Assembly (NCBI GenBank): GCA_963725865.1 | Contig: CAVSAC010000014.1 | Location: 64,001 to 128,000 of the forward strand | Direction: 5' to 3' | From: Candidatus Eiseniibacteriota bacterium | Lineage (GTDB): Bacteria > Eisenbacteria > RBG-16-71-46 | Length of the DNA: 64,000 nucleotides | In this document: positions 43,486 through 53,675 of the stretch, piece by piece | Layout of the letters: each line of letters starts with the position of its first letter | How positions within the stretch are numbered: the stretch's first letter is position 1 | Notes under the pieces: model-generated | Databases searched by the model: none | Seen by the model: the letters and a program-made list of their open reading frames with translations, nothing else | What the model was told of the DNA's origin: nothing | Made by a program: the position numbers and the translations under genes

Positions 43486-45545
43486 ATGGCGAACTACGCC
43501 ACCAGCAACATCCGCACGGTCGCGCTCGTCGGTCAGGGCGGGTCGGGCAAGACCACGCTCGCCGAGGCGCTGCTGCTCGCGGCCGGCGCGATCACGGCGG
43601 CCGGCACCGTCGAGCGCGGCACGACCGTCAGCGACTTCGATCCGCTGGAGAAGACGTGGCAGCACTCGCTGCGCGCGTCGATCCTGCACCTCGACACGCG
43701 GGACACGCGCATCCACCTCATCGACACGCCCGGCTTCCCGGATTTCATCGGCCAGGCGATCGGCGCGCTCGACGCCGTGGAGACCGCGGCGGTCGTGGTG
43801 AACGCGCAGACCGGCATCGAGATGATCACGTCGCGCATGATGGACTGGGCGGCGAAGCGCAAGCTGTGCCGCGCTCGTCATCGTCAACAAGATCGATGCC
43901 GAGAACGTCGACCTGCCGGACGCTGCTCGCGCAGATCCAGGCGACGTTCGGCAAGGAGTGCCTGCCGATCAACCTGCCGGCCGGCGGCGGCAAGCGCGTC
44001 GTCGACTGCTTCTTCAACCCCGACGGCGAGTCCGATTTCTCGTCGGTCGGCCAGGCGCACCGCGCGCTCGTCGACCAGGTCGTCGAGGTCGACGAGGACC
44101 TGATGGCGCTCTACCTCGAGCAGGGCGAGATCGCGCCGGACGAGCTGCACGCGCCGTTCGAGAAGGCGCTGCGCGAGGGCCACCTCGTGCCGGTGTGCTT
44201 CATCTCCGCGCAGACGGGCGCCGGCGTCGCCGAGCTGCTCGACGTCCTGGTGAAGCTCGCGCCGAATCCGACCGAGGGCAATCCGCCGCTGTTCTACAAG
44301 GGCGAAGGCGACGCGGCCGAGGAGTTCCGCTCGGAGCCGGATCCGAAGAAGCACGTGCTCGCGCACGTGTTCAAGGTCGTGATCGACCCGTTCGTCGGCA
44401 AGCTCGGCGTCTTCCGCGTCCACCAGGGCACGGTGACCAAGGACACGCAGCTCTTCATCGGCGACGGCCGGAAGCCGTTCAAGGTCGGCCATCTGTTCAT
44501 GCTGCAGGGGGGCAAGAACGTCGAGGTCGACCGGGCGGTGCCCGGGCGACATCGCCGCGGTGGCGAAGGTCGACGAGATCGAGTTCGACTGCGTGCTGCA
44601 CGACTCGCACGACGAGGACCACATCCACATGCGGCCGCTCGAGTTCCCGACGCCGATGTAGGGCGTCGCGATCACGCCGAAGAAGCGCGGCGACGAGCAG
44701 CGGATCTCCGAGGTGCTGCACCGGATGATCGCCGAGGATCCCGACGCTCGTCGTCGAGCACGACTCGCCGCACCAACGAGACGGTGCTCCGCGCGCTGGG
44801 CGACCTGCACCTGCGCTCGGTGCTGGAGCGCATGACGAGCCAGTTCAAGCTCGAGGTCGACACCCAGCCGCCGCGGATCCCCTACCGCGAGACGATCACC
44901 GCGCAAGGCCGAGGGCCACCACCGCCACAAGAAGCAGACCGGCGGCGCCGGGCAGTTCGGCGAGGTGTTCCTGCGCGTCGAGCCGCGCGCGCGCGGCGCG
45001 GGCTTCGAGTTCGTCGACGAGACCAAGGGCGGCGTGATTCCGCACCAGTTCATGCCGGCCGTGCAGAAGGGCGTCGAGCAGGTGCTCGGTCACGGGCGCG
45101 ATCGCCGGCTTCCCGATGCAGGACGTGCGCGTCGTCGTCTACGACGGCAAGCACCACCCGGTGGACTCGAAGGAAGTCGCGTTCGTCACCGCCGGCAAGA
45201 AGGCGTTCCTCGACGCGATCGAGAAGGCGCGGCCGATCGTGCTCGAGCCGATCGTCAACGTCGAGGTCATCTGCCCCGAGACGAACATCGGCGACATCGC
45301 CGGCGACCTGTCGTCGCGGCGCGGGCAGGTCACCGGCACGCGGGGTCTGCAGCCCGGGCGTGCTCGCGATCAGCGGGCTCGCGCCGCTGGCCGAGCTCGA
45401 CGGCTATTCGGCGCGCCTGAAATCGGTGACCGGCGGCCACGGCTCCTGGTCGATGCAGCTGTCGCACTACGAGCAGGCGCCGCCGAATCTGCAGCAGCAG
45501 CTGGTCGCCGATACAAGAAGTCGCGCAAGCACGAAGAGGAAGTAG
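43486..45545 (+). CDS. fusA2: Elongation factor G paralog (EF-G2/FusA2-like); frameshifts and one in-frame TAG
   Basis: GQGGSGKTT; DTPGFPDF; NKID; KKQTGGAGQFGEV; HPVDS; LEPIV; not in the rpsL-rpsG operon. Confidence 0.88.
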
Positions 45546-45553
45546 CGCGCGCG

Positions 45554-47021
45554 CTACTCGCGCCGGCCTCTGAACAGCGCGAGCGCGGCGGTGCGCGCGG
45601 CGGCGTGATCGACGACCGGCGCCGGGTAGTCGCGGCCGACGACGACGCCCTTCGCGCGCTGGACCGCCGGCGGAACGCGCCACGGCGCGTGGATTTCCGT
45701 CGCGTCGAGCGCCGCGAGCTCCGGCACGTAGCGCCGGATGAACTTGCCCTCCGGATCGAAGCGCTCCGACTGCGTCACCGGGTTGAAGATGCGGAAGTAC
45801 GGCTGCGCGTCGCAGCCGGTCGAGGCCGCCCACTGCCAGCCGCCGTTGTTCGACGCGAGATCGTAAGTCGAGCAGCGTGTCGGCGAAGTAGCGCTCGCCC
45901 CGCCGCCAGTCGACGAGCAGGTCCTTGACGAGGAACGACGGCCGCGATCATCCGCAGCCGGTTGTGCATGTAGCCGGTCGCGTTGATCTGGCGCATCGCC
46001 GCGTCGACGATCGGATAGCCGGTGCGCCCGTCGCACCACGCGGCGAACTTCGCCGGATCGTTCGGAAACGCGCAGCGCATCGTACTCGCGGCTTGAACGC
46101 GTGCGCCGACGACGCGCGGGTGGTGCCAGAGGATCTGCGCGTAGAAGTCGCGCCAGATCAGCTCCGACAGCCACGTGGCCGCGCCCGTCGCCGTTCGGCC
46201 TCGAGCGAGCGCGCGTGCGCGTAGGCGGCGAGCTCGCGGATCGACACCGTGCCGAAGCGCAGGTGCACGGACAGGTACGACGGTCCCTTGGCGGCCGGAA
46301 AGTCGCGCGCGTCGCGGTAGCGGTCGATGCGCGTCGCGAAAGTCGGCGAACAGCGCGGCGCCGCCGTCCATGCCGGTGCGCCACGCCGCGCGCCTCGAGG
46401 TCGGTCGGCCGAAAGCCCAGCGACTCGAGCGTGGGGATGCCGTCGGACGCGCGGGCGGCGGCGCGGCGAGCGCGTCGGCGTGGCGGCTCGACCGGGTAGG
46501 ATCTGCAGGTGGCCGGGCGTCAGCGCCTTGAGCCAGGCGTTCCTGTACGGCGTGAAGACGCCGAACGGCGTTGCCGGCCTGCGTCAGCACCTCGTCGCGC
46601 TCGAAGATCACCTGGTCCTTGTCCGTCCGGAACGCGATGCCGCCGGTCGGCGAGCGCGCGTGCGACGGCGGCGTCGCGGTCGCAGCGCCGCGGGCTCGTA
46701 GTCGTGGTTCGCGTAGACGGCCTCGACGCCGAGCTCGGCGGCGAGCTGCCGGAATCGCGTGCCCGGGCGTGCGCATGCCGGACGATGAGCGCGCCACCCA
46801 TCGCGCGCAGCGCGGCGTCGAGCTCGGCGACGCTGCCGCGGATGAACTCGCACGCGGCGATCCGCGCGAGTCGGCAGCGCGTCGAGGATCTCGCGATCGA
46901 AGACGAACGCGCAGTAGACCCGGCGCGCATCCCGGAGCGCGTGATGGAGCGCCGCGTGATCGAAGTCGCGCAGGTCGCGGCGGAACCAGACGAGCGCGCG
47001 GGCGATCGCACGGTCGCTCAT
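45554..47021 (-). CDS. phrB: Class I CPD DNA photolyase, frameshifted
   Basis: LVWFRRDLRDFDH; GRTGYPIVDAAMRQ; YMHNRLRM; NNGGWQW; RIFNPVTQSERFD. Confidence 0.93.
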
Positions 47022-48397
47022 TTGGGCGGCCGCCGCGTGGCCGGATGGCGAAGATCGCGGGCGCGCACTTCGTGGCGCCACAGGAGCTCCCCGGCCCCGT
47101 CGTAGCTCTCGAGCGCCAATCGACGGTCGTCGCCGGGACCGCTCACGCGGATCAGGCCGAACTGCCGCTTGACGACGAGCGTTCCCGGCACGACGTCGGG
47201 ATTGTCGCGCTCGGCCGCGTCGATGCGCGCCGGCGGTCGCGACGTCAGCGGGCTCGACGTGAACTCGTACAGCGGATAGGCGCCCGGCCGCTCGATCTTC
47301 AGGAGCTCCGAAAAATGGCGGTCGCCGGAGAGGAAGATCACGCCGTCGATCTTCCGCTCGGCCAGCCACTCGGCGAAGGCGTGCCGCTCGCTGCCGAACT
47401 GATGCCAGCCCTCGAAGCGGTTCGCGCGGCTCCAGAACTGGCCTCCGCCGGCGACGATCTTGATCGCGTTGCGCGGCGCGGAGACGAGCGCCTGCTTCAG
47501 CCATTCGAGCTGGCGCGCGCCGAACATCGTCTTGTCGGGACCGTCCGGCCAGCGGTCGGGATAACGGTAGTAGCGGTCGTCGAGCAGGAAGAACAGCACG
47601 TCGCCGAGCGCGCGACGCCGAACGTCCCCGGGACGTCGGGCAGCCCGAAGCTCGGATTGGGCCAGTAGCGCTGAAAGAGCGTCAGCGTCTCGCCCTTGAA
47701 GACGTTCGACGCGTCGCTGTCGTTCGGGCCGAAATCGTGGTCGTCCCAGATCGCGAGGTGCGTCGTCGCCGTGAGCAGCCCCTGCAGCGGACTCGAACTG
47801 GCGCTGGCGACGGTAGCGCGTCGCCATCGACTGCGGGTCGAGGAGGTCGGGTTGCTGCAGGTAGAGGTTGTCGCCCAGCCAGAGCATCAGGTCGGGGCGT
47901 TTCGCGGCGATCGCGTCGAAGATCCCGAAGCCGCCGCCGTAGTCCTTGCCGGGAAAGGCGGGATTGGCGTCGGCGAGGAAGAAGCAGGAGCCGATCGCGA
48001 CGGTCAGCTCGGAAGCGTCCCTGGGCGATGCCCAGTAGGGCTGCGCGCGCAGCACGCCGTCGCGGTGGTCGGGCCCGGCCGCGACGCGATAGGCGGCCGT
48101 GCCGGAGGGCTTGAGTCCGGCGAGGTGCGCGACCACGACATGGTCGTTGGCGTCGGTTGCCATGAGCTCCAATGCACGCTCGTCGGTTTCGCCGTCGACG
48201 CGCCAGCGCACGCTGACCGCCACAGCCCGATCGGCCTGGATCCAGAGCGTCGCGCTCGTGAGCTCGGCGTAGCCGTGCATCACGACGAGCCCGGCCGCCG
48301 CCGGGAGCGTCGCCGCGCAGACGGCGAGGGCGAGCGCCGCGCGCGCCAGCGCCGGACCGGCGGCACGGGCGACCTGCCGAATGGCGAGAGCGTGCAT
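47018..48397 (-). CDS. Alkaline phosphatase D (PhoD) family protein, frameshifted
   Basis: Signal peptide; [35 protein letters not shown]. Confidence 0.88.
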   Translation of the reverse strand: MHALAIRQVARAAGPALARAALALAVCAATLPAAAGLVVMHGYAELTSATLWIQADRAVAVSVRWRVDGETDERALELMATDANDHVVVAHLAGLKPSGTAAYRVAAGPDHRDGVLRAQPYWASPRDASELTVAIGSCFFLADANPAFPGKDYGGGFGIFDAIAAKRPDLMLWLGDNLYLQQPDLLDPQSMATRYRRQRQFESAAGAAHGDDAPRDLGRPRFRPERQRRVERLQGRDADALSALLAQSELRAARRPGDVRRRALGDVLFFLLDDRYYRYPDRWPDGPDKTMFGARQLEWLKQALVSAPRNAIKIVAGGGQFWSRANRFEGWHQFGSERHAFAEWLAERKIDGVIFLSGDRHFSELLKIERPGAYPLYEFTSSPLTSRPPARIDAAERDNPDVVPGTLVVKRQFGLIRVSGPGDDRRLALESYDGAGELLWRHEVRARDLRHPATRRPPK

Positions 48398-48472
48398 GTC
48401 GAGGGAGTTCGCCGGGCGGGTGCGCGGGGTCGCCAATTGTGCCGACGGGAGCGCACGATTACAATCGCTCTC

Positions 48473-49051
48473 ATGGGTGGCTCCAAGGGTGGCCCGGCCG
48501 CCAATTTCACGCACCACTTCCTGATCGCCATGCCCGCCATGGCCGATCCGCATTTTTCGCAGACGCTCACCTACGTGTGCGAGCACAACGCGGACGGTGC
48601 GCTCGGCATCGTCGTCAACAAGCCGACCGACATGACGCTCTCGGCGCTGTTCGAGCAGATCGACGTCCCGCTCGCCGACGACGAGCTGCGCCGCACGCCG
48701 GTCCATTTCGGCGGGCCGGTCCAGGTCGACCGCGGCTTCGTGCTCCATCGGCCGCTCGGCAACTGGCAGTCGACGCTGGCGGTCGACGACGACGTCGGAC
48801 TCACGACGTCGAAGGACGTGCTCGAGGCGGTCGCGCGCGGCGAGGGCCCGAGGGACGTCTTCGTCTCGCTCGGCTACGCCGGCTGGTCCGCCGGGCAGCT
48901 CGAGGAGGAGATCGCGCAGAACGCCTGGCTCACGGTGGCGGCCGATCCGGACGTGCTGTTCGAGACGCCGGTCGAGGCGCGCCTGCCCGCCGCGATGCGC
49001 CTCCTCGGCATCGACTTCTCGCGGTTGTCCGGCGATGTCGGGCACGCATGA
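48473..49051 (+). CDS. yqgE: YqgE/AlgH family protein
   Basis: HFLIAMP...[13 protein letters not shown]...[15 protein letters not shown]. Confidence 0.95.
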   Translation: MGGSKGGPAANFTHHFLIAMPAMADPHFSQTLTYVCEHNADGALGIVVNKPTDMTLSALFEQIDVPLADDELRRTPVHFGGPVQVDRGFVLHRPLGNWQSTLAVDDDVGLTTSKDVLEAVARGEGPRDVFVSLGYAGWSAGQLEEEIAQNAWLTVAADPDVLFETPVEARLPAAMRLLGIDFSRLSGDVGHA

Positions 49052-49522
49052 CGCGTGGCGCCGACAGCGCGAGCGGACGAGGCTCACGGTGCTCGCGTTC
49101 GATTTCGGAACGCGGCGGATCGGCGTCGCGGTCGGCAACACGCTCGACCCGCGTCGCGCGTCCGCTGACGACGATCGACGCCGAGGCGAATGCCGCGCGC
49201 TTCGCCGCGATCGCGGCGCTGATCGACGAGTGGCGGCCGGACCTGCTCGTGGTCGGGTCGACCGGTGCACGCCGACGGCAGCGAGCACGAGATGACGGCG
49301 CGCGCCGATCGTTTCGCGCGCCAGCTCGCAGGCCGTTTCGGACTGGACGTGGCGCGCGTGGACGAGCGGTACACGACGCAGGGCGCCGAAGCGGCGCTCG
49401 CGCAGGCCGGCGTACGCGGGCACGCGCCGCAAGGCGGCGCGCGACGCGGTCGCCGCGCAGCTGATCCTGCAATCCTGGTTCGACGACGACAGCGCGAAAC
49501 GACGACCCGTGGCGCTGCCTGA
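49048..49522 (+). CDS. ruvX: Holliday junction resolvase-like / pre-16S rRNA nuclease, frameshifted
   Basis: [31 protein letters not shown]. Confidence 0.93.
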
Positions 49523-50010
49523 CGCCGAACAGACGCTCGCCGCGCTCGCCGAGCGCATGCGCGGCGCCGTCGCGTTCGACGCGCGGTTCGTCGGCATCTA
49601 CTCGGGCGGCGCGTGGATCGCCGAGCGGCTCGCGCAGATGATCGCCGGCGACCACCCGGTCGGCTTCATCGACGTCTCGTTCTATCGCGACGATTTCAGC
49701 CGCAAGGGCCTGAAGCCGGAGGTCAAGCGCACCGAGCTGCCGTTCGACGTCGAGGGCGCGACCATCGTGCTGGTCGACGACGTGCTCTACACCGGCCGCA
49801 GCGTGCGCGCGGCGATCAACGAGCTGTTCGACTACGGGCGGCCGGCGCGCATCGAGCTCGCGGTGCTGTCGACCGCGGCGGCCGCGAGCTGCCGATCGAG
49901 GCCGACCTACGCCGGCGCCCGGCTCGCGGTCGCCCGCGACCTCTCCGTCGTCCTGTCGCGCGACGGCGGACGGCACGCTCGCGCTCACCACCGAGGCCGG
50001 CGGTGCGTAA
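49509..50010 (+). CDS. pyrR: PyrR / uracil phosphoribosyltransferase-like protein, frameshifted
   Basis: [31 protein letters not shown]. Confidence 0.93.
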
Positions 50011-50964
50011 CCCGCAGCTCAACGCCGACGGCGAGCTCACCCACCTGCTGACGCTCGAGGGCCTGCCGGCCGAGATCATCGTCCGCATCCTCGACACCGC
50101 GGTGCCGTTCGCGTCGATCGCCGAGCGCGACGTGAAGAAGGTGCCGCTGCTGCGCGGCCGGTCGGTGTTCAACCTGTTCTTCGAGAACTCGACGCGCACG
50201 CGGACGACGTTCGAGATCGCGGCCAAGCGGCTGTCCGCCGACGTGATCAACCTCAACATCGGCGCGTCGTCGACGAGCAAGGGCGAGACGCTGCTCGACA
50301 CCGTCGACAACCTCGTCGCGATGAACGCCGACATGTTCGTCGTCCGCCATTCGCAGTCGGGCGCGCCGCACCTGATCGCCGCGCACCTCAACCGGACCGG
50401 CCGCGCGCACGTGCACGTCGTCAACGCCGGCGACGGCCGCCACGCGCACCCGACGCAGGGGCTGCTCGACCTCTTCACGATCCGGCACTACAAGAAGGAT
50501 TTCCGCAATCTCACGGTCGCCATCGTCGGCGACGTGCTGCACTCGCGCGTCGCGCGCTCGCTGATCCACGGCCTGACGACGCTCGGCACGCCCGAGGTGC
50601 GCGCGATCGGTCCGAAGACGCTGCTGCCGACCGCGGTGCAGGCGCTCGGGCGTGCGGGTCCACCACGACATGCGCGAGGGCCTCGCCGGGCTGCGACGTC
50701 GTCGTGATGCTGCGCCTGCAGAGCGAGCGGATGCGGGGCGCGCTGCTGCCGTCGGTCGGCGAGTACTTCAAGCACTACGGGCTGACGGCCGAGAAGCTCG
50801 CGCTGGCGAAGCCCGACGCGATCGTGATGCACCCCGGGCCGATGAACCGCGGCGTCGAGATCGATTCCGCGGTGGCCGACGGCGAGCGCAGCGTGATCCT
50901 GCCGCAGGTGACGTTCGGCATCGCCGTGCGCATGGCGGTGATGAGCATCCTGGCGGGCGCGTGA
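50003..50964 (+). CDS. pyrB: Aspartate carbamoyltransferase catalytic subunit, frameshifted
   Basis: [36 protein letters not shown]. Confidence 0.96.
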
Positions 50965-50965
50965 G

Positions 50966-51084
50966 ATGACCTGCCCACGCTCGCTGCGTTCGCTGCTTCC
51001 GGGCGAGGCACATCGCCCGTGGGTACGGCTTCAGCCGGACGCGAATCTGAAGGGCCGCAGCCACTGAGGGCGGCCGCCACTGAC
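50966..51084. repeat. Palindromic intergenic element between pyrB and pyrC' (family of 30147)
   Basis: Starts CCCACGCTCGCTGCGTTCGCTGC, ends GGGCGGCC...CACTGAC; internal CTTCAG/CTGAAG hairpin. Confidence 0.6.
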
Positions 51085-52372
51085 ATGAAGATCGAGATCA
51101 GAAACGGCCGCGTGATCGACCCGAAGCACGGGATCGATCGCGTGGCGTCGCTCTACGTCGCCGCGGGCCGGGTCGGCGGCGTCGGCGCGCGCGCCGGCCG
51201 GCTGGAGCGCGAATCGGAGCGATCGACGCGCAGCGGGCGCGTCGTCTGCCCGGGGCTCATCGACCTTTCGGCGCGGCTGCGCGAGCCCGGCTTCGAGTAC
51301 AAGGCGACGCTCGAGTCGGAGATGGACGCCGCCGTGGCCGGTGGCGTGACGAGCCTCGCCTGTCCGCCCGACACCGATCCGCCGCTCGACGAGCCGGGCC
51401 TGGTCGAGATGCTGAAGCACCGCGCCCGCTCGCTCAACCAGGCGCACGTCTATCCGGTCGGCGCGCTGACCGTCGGCCTCCAGGGCGCGGAGCTCACGGA
51501 GATGGGCGAGCTCGCCGAGGCCGGCTGCGTCGCGTTCTCGCAGGCCGAGATGCCGCTGATCGACACCGGGGTGCTGCTGCGCGCCATGCAGTACGCCGGC
51601 GACGTTCGGTCACCGCGTCTGGCTGCGCCCGCAGGACGCGCATCTCGGCCAAGGGCGGCGATCGCGCACGACGGCGAGGTCGCGACGCGTCTCGGCCTGC
51701 CGGCGATTCCGCGCGGCGGCGGAGACGATCGCGCTGGCGACGATCTTCGCGCTGGTCCGCAGCACCGGCGTGCGCGTCCACCTGTGCCGGCTGTCGACCG
51801 CCGAGGGCGTGGCGATGGTGCGCGCCGCGAAGCAGCGAGAGGCCTGCCGGTGACCTGCGACGTCGCCGTGCACCATCTGCATCTGTGCGACGTCGACATC
51901 GGCTGGTTCGACGCGCAATGCCGTCTGATTCCGCCGCTGCGCGGCACGCGCGACCGCGCGGCGTTGCGCGCCGGCCTCGCCGACGGCACGATCGACCTCG
52001 TGTGCTCGGATCACACGCCGGTCGACGACGACGGCAAGCAGGTGCCGTTCGGCGAGGCGGAGCCCGGGGCGACGGGCCTCGAGCTCCTGCTGCCGCTGAC
52101 GCTGAAATGGGCCGCGGAGGATCGCATTCCGCTGTCCGGACGGCGCTCGCGCGCATCACCGCGCGGCCGGCGCACGATCCTCGGCATCGACGCCGGGCAT
52201 CTCGGCGTCGGGGCGCCCGCGGACGTCTGCATCTTCGATCCCGACGCGCATTGGCGGGTCGAGCCGTCGGCGCTGCAGCAGCCAGGGCAAGAACACGCCG
52301 TTCCTCGGACTCGAGGTGCCCGGGAAGGTGCGCATGACGCTCGTCGGCGGGCAGGTGGTATTCGAAGGCTGA
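51085..52372 (+). CDS. pyrC: Dihydroorotase-like protein (probably inactive PyrC'/PyrX), frameshifted
   Basis: PGLIDLSARLREPG lacks the HxH metal motif; CSDHTP; KNTPF; follows pyrB. Confidence 0.88.
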
Positions 52373-52463
52373 AATGCAATCGGAATGATCGATGGCATGC
52401 GCCTGTTTGCCATTCGGTTGATCACGGCATGCGCCAAAGCGGCGCGCAATTTGGGAGGAATGG

Positions 52464-53339
52464 ATGAAACTCGACCTCGAACAGGACGTGAAGGGCTTGC
52501 TGCCGGAGAAGGATTTCGACCGCCGCGATTTCATCTGGACCGCGCTGGGGGCAAGCGCCGCGCTGGCCCTGTCGTCGCCGGCTTCTGCGCAACAGATCAC
52601 GACCGATGCCAACGGGCTCGACGTCGCCGACGTCATGATTCCGGCCAAGGACACCCAGCTCCGCGGCTACCGGGCGATGCCGGCGACCGGCGGGCCGTTC
52701 CCGGTCGTGCTGGTCGCCGCGGAGATCTTCGGGCTCAACCCGTACATCAAGGACATCTGCCGGCGGCTCGCCAAGGTCGGCTACTACGCCATCGTGCCGG
52801 ACTTGTACTCGCGCAAGGCCGATCTCACCAAGATCACCGACATGGCCGCCATCATGCCGATCGTCAACGCGAAGTACGACACCGAACTCGTCGGCGACTA
52901 CGACGCGACCGTCTCCTTCGCGGCGGCGAGCGGCAAGGCGGACACGAACCGGATGGCCATCACCGGGTTCTGCCGCGGCGGACGCACGGTGCTTGTTTAT
53001 GCGGCGGCGAATCCCAGGCTCAAGGCCGCGGTAGCGTGGTACGGGCCCATCGGCGGCCAGGCGAACGAGTACACGCCGCGCACGGCGATGGATCGCGCCG
53101 GCGAAATCAAGGTCCCCGTGCTTGGCCTCTATGGCGGCAAGGACGCCGGCATCCCGGTCGACCAGGTCGAGAAGTTCTTCGCCGCGCTGAAGGCTGCCGG
53201 CACGCCGGCCGAGGTCGTCATCTATCCGGACGCCGGGCACGGGTTCAGCGCGGACTTCCGCCCCGACGTTTACCGGAAGGCGGACTCCGAGGATGGCTGG
53301 AACAGGATGCTCGCCTGGTTCAAGAAGTACGGGGTGTAG
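52464..53339 (+). CDS. Dienelactone hydrolase family protein with Tat-like signal
   Basis: DRRDFI; EIFG; GFCRGG nucleophile Cys; YPDAGHGF. Confidence 0.93.
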   Translation: MKLDLEQDVKGLLPEKDFDRRDFIWTALGASAALALSSPASAQQITTDANGLDVADVMIPAKDTQLRGYRAMPATGGPFPVVLVAAEIFGLNPYIKDICRRLAKVGYYAIVPDLYSRKADLTKITDMAAIMPIVNAKYDTELVGDYDATVSFAAASGKADTNRMAITGFCRGGRTVLVYAAANPRLKAAVAWYGPIGGQANEYTPRTAMDRAGEIKVPVLGLYGGKDAGIPVDQVEKFFAALKAAGTPAEVVIYPDAGHGFSADFRPDVYRKADSEDGWNRMLAWFKKYGV

Positions 53340-53370
53340 CGCCGGCGACCCCAAGTGATCGCAATTGTGA

Positions 53371-53522
53371 CGTGTGCTACGGAGCCTGGGCTGTCAGGCT
53401 TAGGATGATTCATGCGCCCGACAGCCCAGGCTCCGCGGCACATGGCGTCGCGCTACGACTCGGACGGTTGCCGAGGCGGCTGTCGCAGGCCCTCGCCGGG
53501 CGCATGGGGTGCCTAAGCCCGG
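53371..53522. repeat. Two hairpins sharing the GGC-TTA...TGC-GCC loop motif with the 14350 hairpin
   Basis: Perfect 16-bp stem 53380-53395/53420-53435 around AGGCTTAGGATGATTCATGCGCCC; inverted copy CCGGGCGCATGGGGTGCCTAAGCCCGG at 53496-53522. Confidence 0.8.
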
Positions 53523-53555
53523 GGGTATGTCACCGCTGCCAGAGCAGAGTCGATG

Positions 53556-53675
53556 CTACTTTTGCTTCGGCACGCGTCCCAGCAGGTAGAACTCGTCGTT
53601 CGGCATGAGGCCGATGAGGTTGGCCATCCGGTTCGACAGGCAGAAGAACGCCGAGATGTTGCCGATGTCCCAGAT
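53556..53675 (-). pseudogene. 3' fragment (39 aa) of a peroxidase-related / AhpD-like enzyme
   Basis: IWDIGNISAFFCLSNRMANLIGLMPNDEFYLLGRVPKQK*; no 5' part present, cut off at the junction. Confidence 0.75.

Noticed and set aside
44659..44661. In-frame TAG in the EF-G paralog as pyrrolysine or readthrough
   Set aside because: The context PTPM*GVAI fits a TAC (Tyr) miscall in an error-rich tract; no pyl genes are present, and TAG is a normal stop elsewhere in the window
47018..49597. 859-aa ORF as one large PhoD fusion
   Set aside because: The upstream part is antisense to yqgE/ruvX; the real gene starts near 48397
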